Part shown: piece by piece, positions 1 to 10,464 of the stretch
Layout of the letters: every line of letters begins with the position of its first letter
How positions within the stretch are numbered: the first letter of the stretch is position 1
Origin: a phage
DNA: 64,000 nucleotides
Direction: 5' to 3' (one strand)
Sequence record: PZ166176.1
Translations under genes and position numbers: made by a program
The notes under the pieces: model-generated
What the model was told of the DNA's origin: nothing
What the model saw: only the letters and a program-made list of their open reading frames with translations
Databases searched by the model: none

Positions 1-258
1 ATTCGTTTAAGGTGGAACACTAGGGACGAGTCTTGGCAATGTCAGATGGGATTATCTGGAGATGATCCAAGTATAAGTTTCAAAGTTACAAATGGTTTAG
101 ATCTTCTTAAACCTTATAAATATCTTGAAAGTGTTCCAGATGGTCAATTGTATATAGTAGATACAGTTAAGATTAATGGTCGTCCTGGGTATACAACTAC
201 AGGTCGAGATAAACGTTTTGTATTGGTTTATATTGATAACAAACCTAATCAGGCGTAA
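1..258 (+). CDS. 3' end of a CDS that begins upstream of the window (probable virion structural protein)
   Basis: Frame of the 46..258 ORF stays open back to position 1; sits at the head of the baseplate module. Confidence 0.4.
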   Translation: MRLRWNTRDESWQCQMGLSGDDPSISFKVTNGLDLLKPYKYLESVPDGQLYIVDTVKINGRPGYTTTGRDKRFVLVYIDNKPNQA

Positions 259-267
259 GGAGATAAT

Positions 268-1278
268 ATGGCAGAAAGAGAGTATACAAAAGCTCCTGCC
301 CCTAATTTAAACAGGGCATACAAATTATTAATTGGTTCTGCCACAAACACAATACAGAAGAGAACTAAGAACTCGGCATTTAAATCTACAGTAGATTTGG
401 ATACCAAGTTAGGGACAACAGAAAAATCCTCTTCTAATTTGTATTTGTTGCAAGACCATCAAATAACCTTCAGCATTAAGAAAGATAATAACAAAGATCC
501 TAACCAAGCAGAGATTGTAGTTTATAACCTTTCGGATGATACTGTTAATTATATAAACCGTGGTATCCGAAATAACTTGGCTGTTGCTTTAGCGGTAGGA
601 TACGAAGGTGAAGAGTTGGTTATGATCTTCAAAGGAACTATCCAATGGGTTAGTGATACTTTTGACTCGGTAGACAGGAAAACCACTTTACACTGTTTGG
701 ATGGCGGTATTAACATTGCAGAAGCAAGAACAAGCCGCAGTTATCCAAAAGGAACTAAAATCAAACGTGTTGTGACAGATTTGGTAAAGGATTTAGGAAC
801 TACAGAAGGTAATATACACGTAGATAATGATCAAACCTTATCTTCAGCAACAGCTATGTGTGGAAACACTTCACATTACCTAGAACATATTTGTAAAAGT
901 ATTGATCACAATGTGTCAATACAAGATGGATCTGTTTATGTTACTCCTCGTTCACAAATGTCTAGTGCACGTAGCGCCTATATTAGCCCTGAAACTGGTC
1001 TGATAGGAAGTCCAGAACCATTCCACAACGATATAAAACCTACTAAAAAAGTTACCAAGTCCTCTAAGAAGGCAAAGAAACCTACAGATGGTGTTAAATT
1101 CAAATGCCAAATGAATGGTGCAATATTACCAGAAAAAACAATCTGGTTAAAAAGCCGAGATTATGACGGTCCATTTAAAGTTGTTTCTGTTTCTCACAAT
1201 GGTGATAAAGAGGGTAAAGAGTGGGTTACTGAAGTGGAGTGTGTATCCGTGTCTGAAATAATGACTAAGGAGAAATAA
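268..1278 (+). CDS. putative baseplate hub / tail structural protein
   Basis: 336 aa ORF with AGGAG RBS, immediately upstream of the spike gene; no diagnostic motif seen, function is from position only. Confidence 0.4.
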   Translation: MAEREYTKAPAPNLNRAYKLLIGSATNTIQKRTKNSAFKSTVDLDTKLGTTEKSSSNLYLLQDHQITFSIKKDNNKDPNQAEIVVYNLSDDTVNYINRGIRNNLAVALAVGYEGEELVMIFKGTIQWVSDTFDSVDRKTTLHCLDGGINIAEARTSRSYPKGTKIKRVVTDLVKDLGTTEGNIHVDNDQTLSSATAMCGNTSHYLEHICKSIDHNVSIQDGSVYVTPRSQMSSARSAYISPETGLIGSPEPFHNDIKPTKKVTKSSKKAKKPTDGVKFKCQMNGAILPEKTIWLKSRDYDGPFKVVSVSHNGDKEGKEWVTEVECVSVSEIMTKEK

Positions 1279-2012
1279 TGGATGCATTGAATTTTGTCAC
1301 AGCAATGCGTGGCTTAATGACAGAACAATTAGCAGAAGTCCATACAGCCTTGCCAGTCCGTGTGACTGGTGTTAATTATGGTGCTAAAACTGTCACTTTA
1401 GAATCTATTGTTAAAAACACACGATCTAGTGAAGATGAAATAGATTATCCAACTTTCGAAGATGTTCCTTTCATGGTTAATGGTGGTGGGACAGGAAGAA
1501 TCTCATTCCCTATTAAAGCTGGCGATTTAGGAACTGTTATATTTTCTGAAAGAGATCCTTCTAATGCACTGCAAACTAGTGGGGAAACCTCTTCATCATC
1601 CACTTTTATGCAGCCTTGTGGATTATACCCTATTTGTTTTATTCCCAAAATAGCTACAGGAACAGATTCAACAGAAGCTGTAGATTCTGAAAAGGTAGTT
1701 ATTTCTAATAACAAAAACACGTACGCTTCTTTCGACCCTACAGGTAATATTTCAATATGGAATAGTCAAGGGATGAAAATAGATATTACTACCTCCGGTA
1801 TTACTATTACAGATGGCACAGGAACTTTGGATCTAAAAGGTGGTAATTTAACTTTCAAAGGCGGCGTGGCAGATATCAATGGTCTTAAAATAGACCAGAA
1901 CGGTTTGATGACAGATGGTAATGGCATCGGATTCCATACTCACACGCACACGGTTCGTAACATTCAGAGCGGTAACTCAAGTGCCGAGTCCTTAAAACCA
2001 ACAGGAGCCTAA
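1278..2012 (+). CDS. baseplate central spike protein (P2 gpV / phi92 gp138-like) with His-rich tip
   Basis: 244 aa; TAATG overlap with the upstream gene; C-terminal GIGFHTHTHTVRN resembles the HxH metal-binding tip of membrane-piercing spikes. Confidence 0.55.
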   Translation: MDALNFVTAMRGLMTEQLAEVHTALPVRVTGVNYGAKTVTLESIVKNTRSSEDEIDYPTFEDVPFMVNGGGTGRISFPIKAGDLGTVIFSERDPSNALQTSGETSSSSTFMQPCGLYPICFIPKIATGTDSTEAVDSEKVVISNNKNTYASFDPTGNISIWNSQGMKIDITTSGITITDGTGTLDLKGGNLTFKGGVADINGLKIDQNGLMTDGNGIGFHTHTHTVRNIQSGNSSAESLKPTGA

Positions 2013-2013
2013 C

Positions 2014-2637
2014 ATGGGAATCCCTTTTGACTTAAAGCTTGGACCAAACAACGACCTCATCATGGACGATGGGGATTTGGTCCTCACCACAACCAGAACA
2101 GAAATTGCAGCACAAACTCTTGGGATAACTCTGAACACGTATCGTGGAGAGTGGTTTTTAAATACTAACTTCGGTGTTCCTTACTTACAAGAGATTATTG
2201 GTGTTGCTAGAAAGAAAGATATTGTAGACAGAATATTTTTAGCGGAGATTGCCAAAAACGTTTACATAGATACAATAAACAGTTATAAATCTGCTTACGA
2301 CATGGACCAACGTTATTACTCAATGACAGTTATGGTGACAGTTGGAGCAGATACAGTAACATCCATATTCAATACTCAACCTTCTGAAGAGTTTATTTAC
2401 CCTGAAGCTGGTGAAGACAATGCAGCGATCATTTGTGAAGCTTACAGTATTGTTGAGAATTCGAATAGACTTTATCGCTTTATCAACTTTGTTGGTTTGC
2501 CACGTGATACCTACTCTACTTGGTGGAATGAATGGTCTACAGAGTCAGCAGGGGAAAGAATCATGGTTAACGAAAAAGGTGATGCATTAGCTACAAACAA
2601 TAATTTCGGTATAACAGCTATGACAGGAGTAGAATAA
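2014..2637 (+). CDS. baseplate wedge protein (gp25 / gpW / XkdS-like)
   Basis: N-terminal FDLKLGPNNDLIMDDGDLVLTT...EIAAQTLGITLNTYRGEWFLNTNFGVPYLQEI fits the DL-x-GDL...GEW pattern of gp25/W-like baseplate proteins. Confidence 0.45.
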   Translation: MGIPFDLKLGPNNDLIMDDGDLVLTTTRTEIAAQTLGITLNTYRGEWFLNTNFGVPYLQEIIGVARKKDIVDRIFLAEIAKNVYIDTINSYKSAYDMDQRYYSMTVMVTVGADTVTSIFNTQPSEEFIYPEAGEDNAAIICEAYSIVENSNRLYRFINFVGLPRDTYSTWWNEWSTESAGERIMVNEKGDALATNNNFGITAMTGVE

Positions 2638-3110
2638 TGGCAGATTTAACTACGATCAAAGTTTCTGATCTTACACAAACAACCTCTGTATCTGATACAG
2701 ATTTCTTTGTAACAGATCAGGCTGGAATAACAAAGAAGACTTCTTTGAAAGTGCTGTTGAGTGGTGCAGGGGTAACTAGAAACCGTTTAAATGCACGTGG
2801 AACAGTAACTAGCACCTTGGCATTAGATATTAGTTCAGCAGAATATTTTTCGGCAACTTTATCTTCTGCAACATGCACAATTAGTTTTACTAATATTCCA
2901 GTAGCAACGAATGCAGTTTTAAACTTTACTTTAGCTTTGCGTCAAGGAAGTGGCGCAAATAAAGTCGTATGGCCTTCTTCTGTAAAATGGAGTTTTGGTC
3001 GTTCCCCAGTTTTGAGTTATCGTCAAGGTGCAACAGACACTTTTGAGTTTATCAGTTATGATAATGGTGCAACTTGGACAGGTAGCTTAGTTTTAGCAGG
3101 AGTTATTTAA
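2637..3110 (+). CDS. hypothetical virion protein
   Basis: 157 aa ORF with ATGA-type overlap inside the baseplate operon. Confidence 0.45.
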   Translation: MADLTTIKVSDLTQTTSVSDTDFFVTDQAGITKKTSLKVLLSGAGVTRNRLNARGTVTSTLALDISSAEYFSATLSSATCTISFTNIPVATNAVLNFTLALRQGSGANKVVWPSSVKWSFGRSPVLSYRQGATDTFEFISYDNGATWTGSLVLAGVI

Positions 3111-5986
3111 TGTCAAGAGTTAAGCACAATATTGACAACACGTTTCAGTTGATTGAAGGGTTGGTTCAGTTTTTGGAAAGAAATACTGGGCTTACCATAG
3201 ATCCTACGGTTCAGCATTACATTATCAACCCACAAAACGTATTGGCGAACAACAGACACTTTATTAACTGGACAGCGCAGGAAGGGCAACCAAACGGTGA
3301 CGCTACTACCGAAGGTCAATCTGTGCTTATCACTGGTTTTGCTTATGCATATTTGGCTACAGGGGATAAAAAATATCTTGAATCTGCCGAGAAGTATTGG
3401 CAAGCCTATATAGATCACTTCTTCGGGGGCCAACCTATTCCTGATCCTCCGGCTAAGTATCGTCCCAACTGGATCATCAATGGTAAAGAACCACGTTTAG
3501 CACATTACCCTCTCACAGATGATGGGTATCCTACGCACGGTGGGTTCAAAGGTAGCATGATGACTTGGATTAACGGAAGGACTGTTATTCCTAAAGGTGC
3601 ACCGCATTGGGGGGAATACTTAGATAAAGCTTGGTTTGCTTTCAATGGCAATCTTGGTTGGAACTCCGTTAACGCAACAGTTTATGCAACTAATCCAGAT
3701 GGTTCAACCAACTGGAAAGAATATGGAGATCAGTGGGACGTTGAATGGATTATAGATCGTCTAGGACGTAAAGTTGATTGGGATGGTAACATTTTATCTA
3801 CAGATCACAGCTTCGCAGAATATGGAACAGTGCAACTTAAAAATGCTTCTGTGAACGGTGATTATAAATTCAACTACGCTACATGCAACCCTGTAGAACA
3901 CGGTGGATATCTGCTTAAGCGTAATGAGATGTGGCATAACCGTCCTGTAAACGTTCCGGTAGAGTTAGGTTATCAAGATAATGCTTCCGATGCTGAAACG
4001 TGGTGGTGTGATGCAAACTACTTGATGTATCAGATCACAGGAGAGAGAAAATACTGGCTTTGCTGGCAATCTTCTTTATTGTTGTGTCAAGACTACTCAA
4101 ACATCGATATGTTTGATAAATTCTTCCGTAGATCTACGACAGCAATAATTCCTTTTACAGATGGTATCTCGTATGATTACTCATACCCATCTACAGCAAT
4201 ACCTAAATATTCTCGTGACGAATTAGGATACACAGTAATTCGCCAAGATGTTTCAGCACAAACAACTCTAGAACAACAGGCAGTTTGGTTCAGAGTAGAT
4301 CAGAATTCAAAACTGCGTATTGAGTTTCAAGGTGTAGATGATGCAGGGGAAGGTGTTCTTTTCCGTCCAGAGCTAGAATTAAGCAAAACTAAGAGTGAAA
4401 CAGACACAGTGACATATCGTTGTGGCTTACCTCTTGGTGCAGCTAATATGACTAAGATGGATATACCTTTATCTAGTTTTATGCGCACCGAACCTCCTGG
4501 AGGTGGTGTATATATTATTGCTGAACCCAGAATTATTGTTGACTGGGGAAGCAATACTGTGATACAATATAAATATGCAACTGGTATTGCTGGGACAAAT
4601 AGTGATCAGATAGTTTCTGCTAATATGGATTCAGATGGTGGTTTTACTGTTGGGTTTTGGTTAACACCAACTAAAACAGCCAATTTAAAATCTATTACAT
4701 ATCGTTCATACGCAGATGATTTTAACATCACTATTACGGATTCCGCAGGTTGGAGATGGTGGGCCATGTTAGAAAAAACAAATTCTGCATGGGTTACTAA
4801 AGCTTTAAGTCCTGCTGATTTCAAATTAAGCACTTGGCAACCCAATCATAACGACACAGAGACAAAACCTTCGTCAATAAACCTGACTGCTGTTGATCAG
4901 ATCAACATTGCATTGGATTCTGAACCTGCAAATGGCTTGACAGGGGCAATCGATTTTTATTGTGTTAACGATATCCCATCTTTGTATTCTTCAGCCGCTG
5001 GTGATGATTACACAATGTATTTCAGGGTTACAGTTTCATCTGAAAATCCTTATACAGCAAAACTTGGAGATTGTACAATACTGGACTATAAACTTGACAG
5101 TTTGAATTATACTCCAGGAATCATTCCATTTTCCAATATTAGTGATCCTAACACAGCATTATATGACGGTTGGCGTGGTATTCCTTACCCAGGTTATCAA
5201 TACCCATCCTTATATTGTTTTAAAGGGAGAGATATTGACTGGGTTCGTATGAACAACAGTATAGACTTTTTATATGATTCACAAATGTGGTTTTATAATA
5301 AGTTTGCCCCTGTAATGCCTGGGCCAATGGCACAAGCTTATGTTTGGGATCGTTGGGATGCTCATAAATATGGAAACAAAAATGAGTTCACAATGTATCA
5401 TTGGAACGATAAAGCTTGGGATGGTTATGAAGCACGAGCATTCTTCTGTGCGTGTCATACGGTATACGAACTAAAGCGACGAGGAGCCGAAGTTCCTGAA
5501 AAACTTTTAACAGTTTGTAAAAACTGGATCAACTACCTGAAGTGGTTCCAAGATAACAACGAAGGAAGAACACCAACAATATTTTATCCCAACGGAGAAG
5601 TGGCTGCGCCTGTAGATGACTTTACAAGTCACATGTCTGCGCTCTTTATGGCGGGATGTGCTATAATGGGGATGGCTGGATATGATTCAGAAATTCCTAA
5701 CATTAAAATAGTAGCAGACCGCTGTTTTGAACTTATTCAGGAAAACTATATTGTTCTTGGTCCTAATCACGTTATGAATGGTTGTTGGAGTGCTGCTCCT
5801 AGACCAGACAGTGATAACGGAGTCTTCTTTGGCTTCCACGCTGGAGAGTTGTTACGTGGTTTTGGGTTGTATGCTTTATACAAAAAACTTAATCCCCAAA
5901 ATGCATTACCTGTTTTGGATTCGAGCAATATTCCTGCACTTACTGTTTTGACAATGGCAAACATTAGTGTGGACGTTACCGAGTAA
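3110..5986 (+). CDS. large baseplate/tail structural protein
   Basis: 958 aa uninterrupted ORF, translationally coupled to neighbours; rich in Trp, Tyr and Asn as in phage fibre and wedge proteins. Confidence 0.55.
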   Translation: MSRVKHNIDNTFQLIEGLVQFLERNTGLTIDPTVQHYIINPQNVLANNRHFINWTAQEGQPNGDATTEGQSVLITGFAYAYLATGDKKYLESAEKYWQAYIDHFFGGQPIPDPPAKYRPNWIINGKEPRLAHYPLTDDGYPTHGGFKGSMMTWINGRTVIPKGAPHWGEYLDKAWFAFNGNLGWNSVNATVYATNPDGSTNWKEYGDQWDVEWIIDRLGRKVDWDGNILSTDHSFAEYGTVQLKNASVNGDYKFNYATCNPVEHGGYLLKRNEMWHNRPVNVPVELGYQDNASDAETWWCDANYLMYQITGERKYWLCWQSSLLLCQDYSNIDMFDKFFRRSTTAIIPFTDGISYDYSYPSTAIPKYSRDELGYTVIRQDVSAQTTLEQQAVWFRVDQNSKLRIEFQGVDDAGEGVLFRPELELSKTKSETDTVTYRCGLPLGAANMTKMDIPLSSFMRTEPPGGGVYIIAEPRIIVDWGSNTVIQYKYATGIAGTNSDQIVSANMDSDGGFTVGFWLTPTKTANLKSITYRSYADDFNITITDSAGWRWWAMLEKTNSAWVTKALSPADFKLSTWQPNHNDTETKPSSINLTAVDQINIALDSEPANGLTGAIDFYCVNDIPSLYSSAAGDDYTMYFRVTVSSENPYTAKLGDCTILDYKLDSLNYTPGIIPFSNISDPNTALYDGWRGIPYPGYQYPSLYCFKGRDIDWVRMNNSIDFLYDSQMWFYNKFAPVMPGPMAQAYVWDRWDAHKYGNKNEFTMYHWNDKAWDGYEARAFFCACHTVYELKRRGAEVPEKLLTVCKNWINYLKWFQDNNEGRTPTIFYPNGEVAAPVDDFTSHMSALFMAGCAIMGMAGYDSEIPNIKIVADRCFELIQENYIVLGPNHVMNGCWSAAPRPDSDNGVFFGFHAGELLRGFGLYALYKKLNPQNALPVLDSSNIPALTVLTMANISVDVTE

Positions 5987-5994
5987 GGGGTAAA

Positions 5995-8148
5995 ATGAAA
6001 CAAGCTATATTTACTGTCACGCGAGACAAGAGAGTAAATGCGAGTTCATTTAACTACACGACTGTTGACGGAACAGCAGTCGCTGGTAGAGATTATATTG
6101 CAAAATCGGGAACACTTGTGTTCCCTGATGATGCGGATTCTGCTACTATTGTGGTTGAAGTATTTGAACGACCAAAGAACTCAATAGATCTTAACTTCTC
6201 CCTCCAAGTTTCAGGGATTAGTCAAAATAACATGATGGTTGAAACGACCATTAATTGTATTATAACTACTATCCAAGAAAATACTACTCCAATAACTTGG
6301 ACTACAAAAGACGTTAAAATGTTCTCTCCTATGTATTGGACAATAGATTCTCAAGCAACGGAAAGTTGTTCTATTGTATCTCATGGAGACTCTTTTACTG
6401 CAAGATTTGTAAACAGAACAACAGCAGGTTTGGCAGGGGTTATCTGGAGCACAGTTGACAAATATGACCATAAAGGTGTTGGGTATTTGCCTCACACAGA
6501 TTTAAGTTCAGAGAAACTTTGGTTTAAAATGGAAATTAGTCAAAACATGCCAGGTTTTAAAGAAGAACCTTTGGTGCCGACTTTGACTGTAACTCTCCTG
6601 GATAAAAGTGTTCATTATGTCAGTTTAGGATTCTACGCTTCAGATATTTCAGAAGATGGTAAAACAGCCACAATAAAGTTAGATTTTGGTAATATCTTTT
6701 CTGGCCCTAATAATGATATTCCTTTGGATATGAGTGCTGTAGATAATATTTTCTTCTCTTTGATTACAGCAAGGTATGAAGAAATAGAAGAGATTATACC
6801 TATTGCCAGTCAAGAGGCTTGGTTTACTTTCACTCTTCTTGAACCTACTTCTGGTTACAGTATGATGAAAGTCAGCAACCTTGTCCAGCCTGAACATGAT
6901 ATTCGCATGTGCACATCTTATGATGATATGTATAACCTGACTCCAGAGAGAGTTATTTATAATACATATGCACTAGGTTATCGTGGAATGATTAACCATT
7001 ACAACGGAATGTCTCACTATTATGAGTTCTCATGGAACGGAACATCTTGGGCTTTAAATAGATCTGTTTTCCTGAATCCGGCTACAGAAGCTTGGCTTAA
7101 CAGTTTCCATTCTATAGCTAATGAAAATGGCTACACAATAATGAACTCTTTGAGTTTTGAGTTGATGAGCACAGTTTGTCCTGTTGAATGGGTCCAGCAT
7201 GATTGGAACGATGCTCTTGCAGCAACAGGGTATAAGCCTCCTAGTTACGTGTTGTCTCCAACTATTGACGAAGGCATGGAATATTTGCAAAATGTTATTA
7301 ACAAAATAGCATCTATTTCTCAAGCTAATAACATTCCAGTCGTAATTCAAATTGGTGAACCTTGGTGGTGGTATAATACAGCAAGTAAAATGCCTTGTAT
7401 ATATGATTACACTACCAAACTGGCATTCAATACAGAAACAGGCTTATTTGCACAAGACGCAGGAACAATAGATAATTATAAAACAGGAACACCATTTGAC
7501 GAATACTATGCATTTTTGTCTCGTAAACTAGGGTTAAGAGTTACAAAGTTTGCAACAGACACCAGAGCAACTTATCCTGGAGCTAAAGTAACATTGCTTC
7601 CGTTCTTACCGTCAATTATTGGCAACGGTTTGATGGAGAAAGTTAACTTCCCGTCTGATTACTACATTCCTGAAGCTTTTGATTTTTACTGTTCAGAGTG
7701 TTACGACTGGCTTCTGGAAGGTAAAATGATGAAAGCATTCGATGCAATTACCATACCACATGAAAAATTAGGTTTTGAATATTCTGATATTCACTATCTT
7801 TCGGGTTTTGTTCCAGATGCTACTCTTGCACCTTTGTATGGCTTCGATCCTGAATCAAACTACCGCACGTATCTTTGGAAAATGATTATAGGTAATATAG
7901 TGTTGAACGCCAATAAGTTCAATGGGCTTACACAATATATATGGGCCTATCCTCAAATAATGCATGATTCCATCACGGTAGTTAATTCTCAATCCCAAGT
8001 TTTCTATATGGGTAATGTGCCTTTGAATTGTTATTTGCAAGATATCACTCTTAAACAAGCAAATGTTGAGATTGCTACCATAAGTGGAATTACATTAGCT
8101 ACTAAATCTGGAGAAGATTTAGTAACAACACAAAAATTTTATATATAG
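5995..8148 (+). CDS. structural protein with N-terminal Calx-beta domain
   Basis: 717 aa; N-terminus TVTRDKRVNASSFNYTTVDGTAVAGRDYIAKSGTLVFPDDADSATIVVEVFERP matches the Calx-beta signature (T-x-DGTA-x-DY...G-x-L-x-F). Confidence 0.55.
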   Translation: MKQAIFTVTRDKRVNASSFNYTTVDGTAVAGRDYIAKSGTLVFPDDADSATIVVEVFERPKNSIDLNFSLQVSGISQNNMMVETTINCIITTIQENTTPITWTTKDVKMFSPMYWTIDSQATESCSIVSHGDSFTARFVNRTTAGLAGVIWSTVDKYDHKGVGYLPHTDLSSEKLWFKMEISQNMPGFKEEPLVPTLTVTLLDKSVHYVSLGFYASDISEDGKTATIKLDFGNIFSGPNNDIPLDMSAVDNIFFSLITARYEEIEEIIPIASQEAWFTFTLLEPTSGYSMMKVSNLVQPEHDIRMCTSYDDMYNLTPERVIYNTYALGYRGMINHYNGMSHYYEFSWNGTSWALNRSVFLNPATEAWLNSFHSIANENGYTIMNSLSFELMSTVCPVEWVQHDWNDALAATGYKPPSYVLSPTIDEGMEYLQNVINKIASISQANNIPVVIQIGEPWWWYNTASKMPCIYDYTTKLAFNTETGLFAQDAGTIDNYKTGTPFDEYYAFLSRKLGLRVTKFATDTRATYPGAKVTLLPFLPSIIGNGLMEKVNFPSDYYIPEAFDFYCSECYDWLLEGKMMKAFDAITIPHEKLGFEYSDIHYLSGFVPDATLAPLYGFDPESNYRTYLWKMIIGNIVLNANKFNGLTQYIWAYPQIMHDSITVVNSQSQVFYMGNVPLNCYLQDITLKQANVEIATISGITLATKSGEDLVTTQKFYI

Positions 8149-8156
8149 GAGTAAAA

Positions 8157-10103
8157 ATGTCAACTACAATTACTAATTTACCCGAAACATCAAAAGTTAA
8201 TGGTTCTGATTACCTAGTTTTAGACCAATCTGATAAGACCGTTAAAAGCACAGTTTCTAACTTTCTTGCTGACACTGGGGTGGTTTTAGCCACCCAGTTG
8301 AAAGATACAAATGGAGCAGATTTAATACAATCCTCAAATGGTAATACTGTTCAGGAAGAGTTGAATAACAATCTTCTTAATGATCGTGAACAGTGGTGTC
8401 GTAGTCTTGCTGAGGCAGGGTTAACCCTTGTCAACGGTAGCTTTGAAGAAGGCGCTACATTAAATAATAAGACCGATGCTGTTTGGTATATTGCAGGCGG
8501 TCAGTGTTATTCATGGGATGGTGCACTACCTAAAGAAGTTCCAAATGGCTCAACTCCAGAAACATCTGGTGGTGTTGGTCTGGGTGCGTGGGTTAGTGTT
8601 GGTGATGCATCGTTGCGCACTGAACTTTCCTCTTTATCAGGGGCTAATCTTGTTGGGTATAGCGTTTCCATGAGATATAATGAAGAGACTGTTGGGTGGA
8701 TGTTAGAAAATCTCACCGACAGAGCTTTATCATCAAGTGATTTCCCTGGAGACGATGCCGGAGAACAAATAAATAACGGTCTTGATTTTTTACGCTCCCA
8801 GAATGAGAAATATAGACAAGGGGGAACATTAAACCTACCCAGAGAAACACTGAATGTATCGACACCGATTACACTCGACAGAACTCCAAGCGGTGCGCCA
8901 GATGAAAATGATGAATATACAATATCTGGCTCTGGAAAAGGAGGGACAGTACTGATAGCGGGTAATAGCTTCCCACCAGATAAAGCGGTTTTAACAACTA
9001 ACTCTGCTAATGGTAATGCGGTTCAAGGTTTTAAATTAAAAGACTTTTCCATCAGGGGTGGCAAAAACGGACTTCGTATTGAAACCGCATCAAGAAGTAT
9101 AATAGACAGCATCAAAGTTTCGGGATCAGGTTCGGACGGTATTTATGTAGGTAATAGCTGGGTCAATCTTTATAGTCAGGTGCTTGTAGATTCAAGCGGT
9201 GGTAATGGAATTACGTTCGATAATAGTCTACAAAAAACAAGCACAACAGTACTTTCAGGATACCAGTTAAAAAACAAGGGGTCAGGTTGGGATTTTGGTT
9301 TTATGAACTATTCAGTGGCAATTGCCACTGCTTCAGATCAGAACTCACAACATGGCTATAAAATATCAAGGTCGGAAGGATTTGTTCTTATATCTCCGGG
9401 AGCGGAAAGCAACGGGGGTGCTGGTATATTAGCTGAGGCATCAACATCTTTAGGGGAAAACAAGAGCGTCCTAATTCAAGGAGCTTTTTGCCACAATAAT
9501 AATAAGATAGGTACTTACGCGAATCTTTTATATGCGGTGAGTACTGCTAACACAATAAACCGTGTAAAAATAACAGATAGCACAGCACATTCCAGCCCTG
9601 TAGGTTCTCCAGATGTTGTTGCTGATGGGAACGAATGCGTTGTCACAATAGATAACTGCGTACTACCTAACGGCTGGGAATCCAGAAATGGTGGATATAT
9701 TGACTGGGTTCATCATACCCTATATGTACAGAAACCAGGAATCACAGGGGCAACAGCCATATGCAACTTAAGAGGAACTCAGGGGCACGGTAGAAATGAA
9801 GCTTCTGCTTCTGATAGTTTTGCTGGGGAAGTAACCATAGTAGCAAGTCCATTAGCGCCTTCAACAGCGACAAGACGACTTGCTATCTATAAACTTTTTA
9901 TTTGCGTAGCAGCGGATACCGGCGTTCAATGCGAAGTGATAAAACAATTGGGTTACGTATCTGGAAATGTTCCAGGTTCGCCAAGTTTCACATGGAGCAT
10001 CGGTTCATCTCATGAATTGATAGCAACCCCAATAGGGTCTACAGCCGGAACGTTCTATTTTGAAATCACAACGGATTCGCAAGTTGTAGCCCTCAAAAGA
10101 TAA
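8157..10103 (+). CDS. tailspike/tail fibre protein with right-handed beta-helix (depolymerase-like)
   Basis: 648 aa; N-terminal fibre-attachment motif (PNGSTPETSGGVGLGAWVSVGD) shared with ORFs 14789 and 17904; Gly/Asn/Ser-rich beta-helix-like repeats; hairpin terminator follows. Confidence 0.6.
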   Translation: MSTTITNLPETSKVNGSDYLVLDQSDKTVKSTVSNFLADTGVVLATQLKDTNGADLIQSSNGNTVQEELNNNLLNDREQWCRSLAEAGLTLVNGSFEEGATLNNKTDAVWYIAGGQCYSWDGALPKEVPNGSTPETSGGVGLGAWVSVGDASLRTELSSLSGANLVGYSVSMRYNEETVGWMLENLTDRALSSSDFPGDDAGEQINNGLDFLRSQNEKYRQGGTLNLPRETLNVSTPITLDRTPSGAPDENDEYTISGSGKGGTVLIAGNSFPPDKAVLTTNSANGNAVQGFKLKDFSIRGGKNGLRIETASRSIIDSIKVSGSGSDGIYVGNSWVNLYSQVLVDSSGGNGITFDNSLQKTSTTVLSGYQLKNKGSGWDFGFMNYSVAIATASDQNSQHGYKISRSEGFVLISPGAESNGGAGILAEASTSLGENKSVLIQGAFCHNNNKIGTYANLLYAVSTANTINRVKITDSTAHSSPVGSPDVVADGNECVVTIDNCVLPNGWESRNGGYIDWVHHTLYVQKPGITGATAICNLRGTQGHGRNEASASDSFAGEVTIVASPLAPSTATRRLAIYKLFICVAADTGVQCEVIKQLGYVSGNVPGSPSFTWSIGSSHELIATPIGSTAGTFYFEITTDSQVVALKR

Positions 10104-10106
10104 AAA

Positions 10107-10133
10107 CAACCCCGCTTCGGCGGGGGGTTCTTA
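10107..10133 (+). terminator. rho-independent terminator candidate
   Basis: CCCCGC-TTCG-GCGGGG hairpin followed by TTCTT, just after the stop at 10103. Confidence 0.55.
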
Positions 10134-10152
10134 GAAAAACAAAGAGGTACTT

Positions 10153-10464
10153 ATGAACGAGATGTTCTCACAAGGTGGTAAAGGTTCAACTGGAATCTTA
10201 ACCAATAAACAAGCAGTAGCCCGTCACTTTGGAGTTAAACAATCTGAGGTTGTTTACTTCTCAGTTGGTGCACTGCTTGATGGGTACAAAGTTATCTATG
10301 ATAAGGAGACGCAAAGGGCGTATTCCCTACCTGCTGATATTGCCCCAGGTACTATTGCCATTAGTCTTAGTGCTGCCGGAGTATTAGTTCACTCTGCGGG
10401 TAATGTGGACCTTGGGGAATTAGCTGTATCTCGTGATTTAAAAAGTAATGAGAACGCACTATGA
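10153..10464 (+). CDS. hypothetical protein
   Basis: 103 aa ORF with RBS, between tailspike and baseplate genes. Confidence 0.4.
   Translation: MNEMFSQGGKGSTGILTNKQAVARHFGVKQSEVVYFSVGALLDGYKVIYDKETQRAYSLPADIAPGTIAISLSAAGVLVHSAGNVDLGELAVSRDLKSNENAL

Noticed and set aside
1445-1720. 91 aa - strand ORF inside the spike gene
   Set aside because: Fully nested antisense within a + strand gene that has the HxH spike signature; no RBS.
3113-3433. 106 aa - strand ORF opposite the start of the 958 aa structural gene
   Set aside because: Antisense to a long, uninterrupted + strand ORF in a uniformly + strand operon.
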